From contig OY986948.1 in NCBI GenBank assembly GCA_963920595.1, forward strand, positions 4,960,001 to 5,024,000: 64,000 nucleotides of DNA. The letters are read 5' to 3'. Positions 1 to 9,820 of this stretch are shown here, piece after piece. The notes under the pieces were generated by a model, which was not told where the DNA came from, ran no database searches, and saw nothing but the letters and a program-made list of their open reading frames with translations. This DNA is from Eimeria praecox. Lineage: Eukaryota. The translations under genes and the position numbers were made by a program. Numbering within the stretch: the stretch's first letter is position 1; the number at the start of each line of letters is the position of its first letter.

Positions 1-273
1 AGTGGACGCTGCTCTGTGTCTAGTGGGTGTCTGGGAGGTGTTGTGGAGGGGAGAAGGGGTTGTGCAGTGTTTGGAGTGTAGGTCGAGTTGGGGACAGGGC
101 AAGGCAGAGGGAAGTCGGCGTTTTGGTTTGAGGCCCCAATCTCGTTGCGCCTGCGTGTGTGGAGGTTGTTCTAATTCAGGAGCCGGTGCGTGTTTGTCAA
201 GACGTGTGTACACGTGTTGCTCTGAGGGCGTGGATATTGGGAGTGTGGTAGTTAGTAGAATGATGTGTATTTG
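1..273 (+). repeat. Representative monomer (arbitrary phase), 273 bp, G/T-rich
   Basis: The next copies start at 274 (cgtggacgct) and 547 (agtggacgct). Hand count: G113 T81 A44 C35. Confidence 0.97.
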
Positions 274-2109
274 CGTGGACGCTGCTGTGTGTCTAGTGGG
301 TGTCTGGGAGGTGTTGAGGAGGGGAGAAGGGGTTGTGCAGCGTTTGGAGTTTGGGTATTGTTGGGGATGGGGCAAGGCACAGAGAAGTCAGCGTTTTGGT
401 TTGAGGCGTCAATCTCGTTGCCCCTGCGTGCGTCCGGGTTGTTCTAATTCAGGAGCAGGTGCGTGTTTGTCAACACGTGTGTACACGTGTTCCTGTGAGG
501 GCGTGGATATTAGGAGTGTGGTAGTTAGTAGAATGATGTGTATTTGAGTGGACGCTGTTGTGTGTCTAGTGGGTGTCTGGGAGGTGTTGTGGAGGGGAGA
601 AGGGGTTGTCTAGTGTTTGGAGTGTAGGTCGAGTTGGGGACAGGGCAAGGCAGAGGGATGTCAGCGTTTTGGTTTGAGGCGTCAACCTCGTTGCGCCTGC
701 CTGCGTGCGGGTTGTTCTAATTCAGGAGCCGGTGCGTGTTTGTCAACGCGTGTGTACACGTGATGCTGTGAGGGCGTGGATATTGGGAGTGTGGTAGTTA
801 GTAGAATGATGTGTATTTGAGTGGACGCTGCTGCGTGTCTAGTGGGTGTCTGGGAGGTGTTGTGGAGGGGAGAAGTGTTTGTCTAGTGTGTGGAGTTTGG
901 GTATTGTTGGGGATGGGGCAAGGCTGAGGGAAGTCAGCGTTTTGGTTTGAGGCGTCACTTTCGTCGCGCCTGCGTGCGTGCGGGTTGTTCTAATTCAGGA
1001 GCAGGTGCGTGTTTGTCAACGCGTCTGTACACGTGTTCCTGTGAGGGCGTGGATATTGGGAGTGTGGTAGTTAGTAGAATGATGTGTATTTGAGTGGAGG
1101 CTGCTGTGTGTCTAGTGGGTGTCTGGGAGGCGTTGTGGAGGGGAGAAGGGGTTGTCTAGTGTGTGCAGTTTGGGTATTGTTGGGGATGGGGCAAGGCAGA
1201 GGGAAGTCGGCGTTTTGGTTTGAGGCGTCAACCATGTTGCGCCTGCGTGTGTGCGGGTTGTTCTAATTCAGCAGCAGGTGCGTGTTTGTCATGACGTGTG
1301 TACACGTGTCTCTGTGAAGGGCGTGGATATTGGGAGTGTGGTAGTTAGTAGAGTGATGTGTATTTGAGTGGACGCTGCTGTGTGTCTAGTGGGTGTCTGG
1401 GAGGTGTTGTGGAGGGGAGAAGGGGTTGTGCAGTGTTTGGAGTTTGGGTATTGTAGGGGATCGGGCAAGGCAGGAGGAAGTCAGCATTTTGGCTTGAGGC
1501 GTCAACCTCGTTGCGCCTGCCTGCGTGCGGGTTGTTCTAATTCAGGAGCCGGTGCGTGTTTGTCAACGCGTGTGTACACGTGATGCTGTGAGGGCGTGGA
1601 TATTGGGAGTGTGGTAGTTAGTAGAGTGATGTGTATTTGAGTGGACGCTGCTGTGTGTCTAGTGGGTGTCTGGGAGGTGTTGAGGAGGGGAGAAGGGGTT
1701 GTCTAGTGTTTGGAGTTTGGGTATTGTTGGGGACAGGGCAAGGCAGAGGGAAGTCAGCGTTTTGGTTTGAGGCGCCAATCTCGTTACGCCTGCGTGTGTG
1801 GAGGTTGTTCTAATTCAGGAGCCGGTGCGTGTTAGTCAACACGTGTGTACACGTGTTGCTATGAGGGCGTGGATATTGGGAGTGTGGTAGTTAGTAGAAT
1901 GATGTGTATTTGAGTGGACGCTGCTGTGTGTCTAGTGGGTGTCTGGGAGGTGTTGTGGAGGGGAGAAGGGGTTGTCTAGTGTTTGGAGTTTGGGTATTGT
2001 TGGGGATGGGGCAAGGCAGAGGGAAGTCGGCGTTTTGGTTTGAGGCGTCAATCGTTCTGCGCCTGCGTGTGTGCGGGTTGTTCTAATTCAGGAGCCGGTG
2101 CGTGTTTGT

Positions 2110-2131
2110 CAACACGTGTGTACACGTGTTG
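2110..2131. other. Per-monomer inverted repeat caacacgtgt-gt-acacgtgttg containing two CACGTG motifs (example copy)
   Basis: 10-bp perfect arms around a 2-nt spacer in this copy. The core acgtgt-gt-acacgt is present in most monomers. Confidence 0.9.
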
Positions 2132-5100
2132 CTGTGAGGGCGTGGATATTGGGAGTGTGGTAGTTAGTAGAATGATGTGTATTTGAGTGGACGCTGCTGT
2201 GTGTCTAGTGGGTGTCTGGGAGGTGTTGTGGAGGGGAGAAGGGGTTGTGCAGCGTTTGGAGTTTGGGTATTGTTGGGGATGGGGCAAGGCAGAAGGAAGT
2301 CAGCGTTTTGGTTTGAGGCGTCAATTTCGTCGCGCCTGCGTGCGTGCGGGTTGTTCTAATTCGGCAGCAGGTGCGTGTTTGTCAACACGTGTGTACACGT
2401 GTTCCTGCGAGGGCGTGGATATTGGGAGTGTGGTAGTTAGTAGAATGATGTGTATTTGAGTGGAGGCTGCTGTGTGTCTAGTGGGTGTCTGGGAGGTGTT
2501 GTGGAGGGGAGAAGGGGTTGTGCAGCGTTTTGAGTTTGGGTATTGTTGGGGACGGGGCAAGGCTGAGGGAAGTCGGCGTTTTGGTTTGAGGCGTCAATCG
2601 CTCTGCGCCTGCGTGTGTGCGGGTTGTTCTAATTCAGGAGCCGGTGCGTGGTTGTCAAGACGTGTGTACACTTGTCTCTGTGAGAGCGTGGGTATTGGGA
2701 GTGTGGTAGTTAATAGAATGATGTGTATTTGAGTGGACGCTGCTCTGTGTCTAGTGGGTGTCTGGGAGGTGTTGTGGAGGGGAGAAGGGGTTGTGCAGTG
2801 TTTGGAGTGTAGGTCGAGTTGGGGACAGGGCAAGGCAGAGGGAAGTCGGCGTTTTGGTTTGAGGCCCCAATCTCGTTGCGCCTGCGTGTGTGGAGGTTGT
2901 TCTAATTCAGGAGCCGGTGCGTGTTTGTCAAGACGTGTGTACACGTGTTGCTCTGAGGGCGTGGATATTGGGAGTGTGGTAGTTAGTAGAATGATGTGTA
3001 TTTGCGTGGACGCTGCTGTGTGTCTAGTGGGTGTCTGGGAGGTGTTGAGGAGGGGAGAAGGGGTTGTGCAGCGTTTGGAGTTTGGGTATTGTTGGGGATG
3101 GGGCAAGGCACAGAGAAGTCAGCGTTTTGGTTTGAGGCGTCAATCTCGTTGCCCCTGCGTGCGTCCGGGTTGTTCTAATTCAGGAGCAGGTGCGTGTTTG
3201 TCAACACGTGTGTACACGTGTTCCTGTGAGGGCGTGGATATTAGGAGTGTGGTAGTTAGTAGAATGATGTGTATTTGAGTGGACGCTGTTGTGTGTCTAG
3301 TGGGTGTCCGGGAGGTGTTGTGGAGGGGAGAAGGGGTTGTCTAGTGTTTGGAGTGTAGGTCGAGTTGGGGACAGGGCAAGGCAGAGGGATGTCAGCGTTT
3401 TGGTTTGAGGCGTCACTTTCGTCGGGCCTGCGTGTGTGGAGGTTGTTCTAATTCAGGAGCCGGTGCGTGTTTGTCAACACCTGTGTACACGTGTTGCTGT
3501 GAGGGCGTGGATATTGGGAGTGTGGTAGTTAGTAGAATGATGTGTATTTGAGTGGACGCTGCTGTGTGTCTAGTGGGTGTCTGGGAGCTGTTGCGGAGGG
3601 GAGGAGTTTTGCAGCGTTTTGAGTTTGGGAATTGTTGGGGATGGGGCAAGGCAGAGGGAAGTCGGCGTTTTGGTTTAAGGCGTCAACCTTGTTGCGCCTG
3701 CGTGTGTGCGGGTTGTTCTAATTCAGGAGCAGGTGCGTGTTTGTCATGACGTGTGTACACGTGTCTCTGTGAGGGCGTGGATATTGGGAGTGTGGTAGTT
3801 AGTAGAATGATGTGTATTTGAGTGGAGGCTGCTGTGTGTCTAGTGGGTGTCTGGGAGGTGTTGTGGAGGGGAGAAGGGGTTGTGCAGTGTTTGGAGTTTG
3901 GGTATTGTTGGGGATGGGGCAAGGCAGAAGGAAGTCAGCGTTTTGTTTTGAGGCGTCAATTTCGTCGCGCCTGCGTGTGTGCGGGTTGTTCTAATTCAGG
4001 AGCCGGTGCGTGTTTGTCAACGCGTGTGTACACGTGATGCTGTGAGGGCGTGGATATTGGGAGTGTGGTAGTTAGTAGAATGATGTGTATGTGCGTGGAC
4101 GCTGCTGTGTGTCTAGTGGGTGTCTGGGAGGTGTTGTGGAGGGGAGAAGGGGTTGTGCAGTGTTTGGAGTTTGGGTATTGTTGGGGATGGGGCAAGGCAG
4201 ATGGAAGTGAGCGTTTTGGTTTGAGGCGTCAACCATGTTGCGCCTGCGTGTGTGGGGGTTGTTCTAATTCAGGAGCCGGTGCGTGTTTGTCAACACGTGT
4301 GTACACGTGTTGCTGTGAGGGCGTGGATATTGGGCGTGTGGTAGTTAGTAGAATGATGTGTATTTGCGTGGACGCTGCTGTGTGTCTAGTGGGTGTCTGG
4401 GAGGTGTTGTGGAGGGGAGAAGGGGCTGTCTAGGGTTTGGAGTTTGGGTATTGTTGGGGATGGGGCAAGGCAGAGGGAAGTCGGCGTTTTGGTTTGAGGC
4501 GTCAACCATGTTGCGCCTGCGTGTGTGCGGGTTGTTCTAATTCAGGAGCAGGTGCGTGTTTGTCAAGACGTGTGTACACGTGTCTCTGTGAGGGCGTGGA
4601 TATTGGGAGTGTGGTAGTTAGTAGAATGATGTGTATTTGAGTGGACGCTGCTGTGTGTCTAGTGGGTGTCTGGGAGCTGTTGCGGAGGGGAGGAGTTTTG
4701 CAGCGTTTTGAGTTTGGGAATTGTTGGGGATGGGGCAAGGCAGAGGGAAGTCGGCGTTTTGGTTTGAGGCGTCAACCTTGTTGCGCCTGCGTGCGTGCGG
4801 GTTGTTCTAATTCAGGAGCAGGTGCGTGTTTGTCATGACGTGTGTACACGTGTCTCTGTGAGGGCGTGGATATTGGGAGTGTGGTAGTTAGTAGAATGAT
4901 GTGTATTTGAGTGGAGGCTGCTGTGTGTCTAGTGGGTGTCTGGGAGGTGTTGTGGAGGGGAGGAGTTTTGCAGCGTTTTGAGTTTGGGAATTGTTGGGGA
5001 TGGGGCAAGGCAGAGGGAAGTCGGCGTTTTGGTTTGAGGCGTCAACCTTGTTGCGCCTGCGTGCGTGCGGGTTGTTCTAATTCAGGAGCAGGTGCGTGTT

Positions 5101-5570
5101 TGTCATGACGTGTGTACACGTGTCTCTGTGAGGGCGTGGATATTGGGAGTGTGGTAGTTAGTAGAATGATGTGTATTTGAGTGGAGGCTGCTGTGTGTCT
5201 AGTGGGTGTCTGGGAGGTGTTGTGGAGGGGAGAAGGGGTTGTGCAGTGTTTGGAGTTTGGGTATTGTTGGGGATGGGGCAAGGCAGAGGGAAGTCGGCGT
5301 TTTGGTTTGAGGCGTCAATCGTTCTGCGCCTGCGTGTGTGGAGGTTGTTCTAATTCAGGAGCCGGTGCGTGTTTGTTAAGACGTGTGTACACGTGTTGCT
5401 GTGAGGGCGTGGATATTGGGAGTGTGGTAGTTAATAGAATGATGTGTATTTGAGTGGAGGCTGCTGTGTGTCTAGTGGGTGTCTGGGAGGTGTTGTGGAG
5501 GGGAGAAGGGGTTGTGCAGCGTTTTGAGTTTGGGTATTGTAGAGGATGGGGCAAGGCAGAGGGAAGTCGG

Positions 5571-7830
5571 CATTTTGGTTTGAGGCGTCAACCTCGTTGC
5601 GCCTGCGTGTGTGGAGGTTGTTCTAATTCAGGAGCAGGTGCGTGTTTGTCAACACGTGTATACACCTGTTCGTGTGGGGGCATGGAAATTGGGAGTGTGG
5701 TAGTTAGCAGAATGATGTGTATTTGCGTGGACGCTGCTGTGTGTCTAGTGGGTGTCTGGGAGGTGTTGTGGAGGGGAGAAGGGGTTGTGCAGTGTTTGGA
5801 GTTTGGGTATTGTTGGGGATGGGGCAAGGCAGAAGGAAGTCAGCGTTTTGGTTTGAGGCGTCAATTTCGTCGCGCCTGCGTGTGTGCGGGTTGTTCTAAT
5901 TCAGGAGCCGGTGCGTGTTTGTCAACGCGTGTGTACACGTGATGCTGTGAGGGCGTGGATATTGGGAATGTGGTAGTTAGTAGAATGATGTGTATGTGCG
6001 TGGACGCTGCTGTGTGTCTAGTGGGTGTCTGGGAGGTGTTGTGGAGGGGAGAAGGGGTTGTGCAGTGTTTGGAGTTTGGGTATTGTTGGGGATGGGGCAA
6101 GGCAGATGGAAGTCAGCGTTTTGGTTTGAGGCCTCAGTCGTTCTGCGCCTGCGTGTGTGGGGGTTGTTCTAATTCAGGAGCCGGTGCGTGTTTGTCAACA
6201 CGTGTGTACACGTGTTGCTGTGAGGGCGTGGATATTGGGCGTGTGGTAGTTAGTAGAATGATGTGTATTTGCGTGGACGCTGCTGTGTGTCTAGTGGGTG
6301 TCTGGGAGGTGTTGTGGAGGGGAGAAGGGGCTGTCTAGGGTTTGGAGTTTGGGTATTGTTGGGGATGGGGCAAGGCAGAGGGAAGTCGGCGTTTTGGTTT
6401 GAGGCGTCAACCATGTTGCGCCTGCGTGTGTGCGGGTTGTTCTAATTCAGGAGCAGGTGCGTGTTTGTCAAGACGTGTGTACACGTGTCTCTGTGAGGGC
6501 GTGGATATTGGGAGTGTGGTAGTTAGTAGAATGATGTGTATTTGCGTGGACGCTGCTGTGTGTCTAGTGGGTGTCTGGGAGGTGTTGTGGAGGGGAGAAG
6601 GGGCTGTCTAGGGTTTGGAGTTTGGGTATTGTTGGGGATGGGGCAAGGCAGAGGGAAGTCAGCATTTTGGTTTGAGGCGTCAACCTCGTTGCGCCTGCGT
6701 GTGTGGTGGTTGTTCTAATTCAGGAGCAGGTGCGTGTTTGTCAACACGTGTGTACACCTGTTCGTGTGGGGGCATGGAAATTGGGAGTGTGGTAGTTAGC
6801 AGAATGATGTGTATTTGCGTGGACGCTGCTGTGTGTCTAGTGGGTGTCTGGGAGGTGTTGTGGAGGGGAGAAGGGGTTGTGCAGTGTTTGGAGTTTGGGT
6901 ATTGTTGGGGATGGGGCAAGGCAGAAGGAAGTCAGCGTTTTGGTTTGAGGCGTCAATTTCGTCGCGCCTGCGTGTGTGCGGGTTGTTCTAATTCAGGAGC
7001 CGGTGCGTGTTTGTCAACGCGTGTGTACACGTGATGCTGTGAGGGCGTGGATATTGGGAGTGTGGTAGTTAGTAGAATGATGTGTATGTGCGTGGACGCT
7101 GCTGTGTGTCTAGTGGGTGTCTGGGAGGTGTTGTGGAGGGGAGAAGGGGTTGTGCAGTGTTTGGAGTTTGGGTATTGTTGGGGATGGGGCAAGGCAGATG
7201 GAAGTCAGCGTTTTGGTTTGAGGCCTCAGTCGTTCTGCGCCTGCGTGTGTGGGGGTTGTTCTAATTCAGGAGCCGGTGCGTGTTTGTCAACACGTGTGTA
7301 CACGTGTTGCTGTGAGGGCGTGGATATTGGGCGTGTGGTAGTTAGTAGAATGATGTGTATTTGCGTGGACGCTGCTGTGTGTCTAGTGGGTGTCTGGGAG
7401 GTGTTGTGGAGGGGAGAAGGGGCTGTCTAGGGTTTGGAGTTTGGGTATTGTTGGGGATGGGGCAAGGCAGAGGGAAGTCGGCGTTTTGGTTTGAGGCGTC
7501 AACCATGTTGCGCCTGCGTGTGTGCGGGTTGTTCTAATTCAGGAGCAGGTGCGTGTTTGTCAAGACGTGTGTACACGTGTCTCTGTGAGGGCGTGGATAT
7601 TGGGAGTGTGGTAGTTAGTAGAATGATGTGTATTTGCGTGGACGCTGCTGTGTGTCTAGTGGGTGTCTGGGAGGTGTTGTGGAGGGGAGAAGGGGCTGTC
7701 TAGGGTTTGGAGTTTGGGTATTGTTGGGGATGGGGCAAGGCAGAGGGAAGTCAGCGTTTTGGTTTGAGGCGTCAACCTCGTTGCGCCTGCGTGTGTGGTG
7801 GTTGTTCTAATTCAGGAGCAGGTGCGTGTT
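5571..7830 (+). repeat. Local higher-order repeat, 4 monomers (1092 bp), ~2 copies
   Basis: ORF pairs at +1092: 5717/6809, 5955/7047, 6342/7434, 6536/7628. Shared variants tacacctgttcg and gttagcagaatg. Confidence 0.88.
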
Positions 7831-9820
7831 TGTCAAGACGTGTGTACACGTGTTCGTGTGGGGGCATGGAAATTGGGAGTGTGGTAGTTAGTAGAATGAT
7901 GTGTATTTGAGCGGAGGCTGCTGTGTGTCTAGTGGGTGTCTGGGAGGTGTTGTGGAGCGGAGAAGGGGTTGTGCAGCGTTTGGAGTTTGGGTATTGTTGG
8001 GGATGGGGCAAGGCAGAAGGAAGTCAGCGTTTTGGTTTGAGGCGTCAATTTCGTCGCGCCTGCGTGCGTGCGGGTTGTTCTAATTCAGGAGCCGGTGCGT
8101 GTTTGTTAAGACGTGTGTACACGTGTTGCTGTGAGGGCGTGGATATTGGGAGTGTGGTAGTTAATAGAATGATGTGTATTTGAGTGGAGGCTGCTGTGTG
8201 TCTAGTGGGTGTCTGGGAGGTGTTGTGGAGGGGAGAAGGGGTTGTGCAGCGTTTTGAGTTTGGGTATTGTAGAGGATGGGGCAAGGCAGAGGGAAGTCGG
8301 CATTTTGGTTTGAGGCGTCAACCTCGTTGCGCCTGCGTGTGTGGAGGTTGTTCTAATTCAGGAGCAGGTGCGTGTTTGTCAAGACGTGTGTACACGTGTT
8401 CGCGTGGGGGCATGGAAATTGGGAGTGTGGTAGTTAGTAGAATGATGTGTATGTGCGTGGACGCTGCTGTGTGTCTAGTGGGTGTCTGGGAGGTGTTGTG
8501 GAGGGGAGAAGGGGTTGTGCAGTGTTTGGAGTTTGGGTATTGTTGGGGATGGGGCAAGGCAGAGGGAAGTCAGCGTTTTGGTTTGAGGCGTCAACCTTGT
8601 TGCGCCTGCGTGCGTGCGGGTTGTTCTAATTCAGGAGCAGGTGCGTGTTTGTCATGACGTGTGTACACGTGTCTCTGTGAGGGCATGGATATTGTGAGTG
8701 TGGTAGTTAGTAGAATGATGTGTATTTGCGTGGACGCTGCTGTGTGTCTAGTGGGTGTCTGGGAGGTGTTGTGGAGGGGAGAAGGGGCTGTCTAGGGTTT
8801 GGAGTTTGGGTATTGTTGGGGATGGGGCAAGGCAGAGGGAAGTCAGCATTTTGGTTTGAGGCGTCAACCTCGTTGCGCCTGCGTGTGTGGAGGTTGTTCT
8901 AATTCAGGAGCAGGTGCGTGTTTGTCAAGACGTGTGTACACGTGTTCGCGTGGGGGCATGGAAATTGGGAGTGTGGTAGTTAGTAGAATGATGTGTATGT
9001 GCGTGGACGCTGCTGTGTGTCTAGTGGGTGTCTGGGAGGTGTTGTGGAGGGGAGAAGGGGTTGTGCAGTGTTTGGAGTTTGGGTATTGTTGGGGATGGGG
9101 CAAGGCAGAAGGAAGTCAGCGTTTTGGTTTGAGGCGTCAATCGTTCTGCGCCTGCGTGTGTGGAGGTTGTTCTAATTCAGGAGCCGGTGCGTGTTTGTCA
9201 ACATGTGTGTACACGTGTTGCTGTGAGGGCGTGGATATTGGGAGTGTGGTAGTTAGTAGAATGATGTGTATGTGCGTGGACGCTGCTGTGTGTCTAGTGG
9301 GTGTCTGGGAGGTGTTGTGGAGGGGAGAAGGGGCTGTCTAGGGTTTGGAGTTTGGGTATTGTTGGGGATGGGGCAAGGCAGAGGGAAGTCAGCGTTTTGG
9401 TTTGAGGCGTCAATTTCGTCGCGCCTGCGTGCATGCGGGTTGTTCTAATTCAGGAGCCGGTGCGTGTTTGTCAACGCGTGTGTACACGTTATGCTGTGAG
9501 GGCGTGGATATTGGGAGTGTGGTAGTTAATAGAATGATGTGTATTTGAGTGGGGGCTGCTGTGTGTCTAGTGGGTGTCTGGGAGGTGTTGTGGAGGGGAG
9601 AAGGGGTTGTGCAACGTTTGGAGTTTGGGTATTGTTGGGGATGGGGCAAGGCTGAGGGAAGTCAGCGTTTTGGTTTGAGGCGTCAATCTCGTTGCGCCTG
9701 CGTGTGTGGAGGTTGTTCTAATTCAGGAGCAGGTGCGTGTTTGTCAACACGTGTGTACACGTGTTCGTGTGGGGGCATGGAAATTGGGAGTGTGGTAGTT
9801 AGTAGAATGATGTGTATGTG

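Larger units (their letters stand above)
1..3415 (+). repeat. Block duplication at 2731-bp offset (10 monomers): 1-~685 recurs at 2732-~3415
   Basis: ORFs 2..547 and 2733..3278 are identical. Shared rare variants: gctctgtg, gcacagagaag, cgtccggg, tattaggag, gagggatgtc. Confidence 0.9.

Noticed and set aside
1..273. Tandem RNA gene cluster (5S rRNA, tRNA, snRNA or spliced leader)
   Set aside because: I recognise no 5S, tRNA cloverleaf, box A/B or Sm-site pattern on either strand, and the strong G/T skew argues against extensive pairing. An Rfam/Infernal search was not run and would be decisive.
1..273. Trimer of a 91-bp subunit (as in soybean-type 91/92-bp centromeric repeats)
   Set aside because: No similarity is visible at offsets 91 or 182. 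Only short low-complexity echoes exist, such as tgtctagtg about 44 bp apart.
2594..3106. Minus-strand Pro/Thr/His/Gln-rich ORFs resembling mucin- or extensin-like proteins
   Set aside because: The C/A-rich strand is naturally poor in stop codons. The frame is broken in nearly every monomer, and there is no unique N- or C-terminal sequence.
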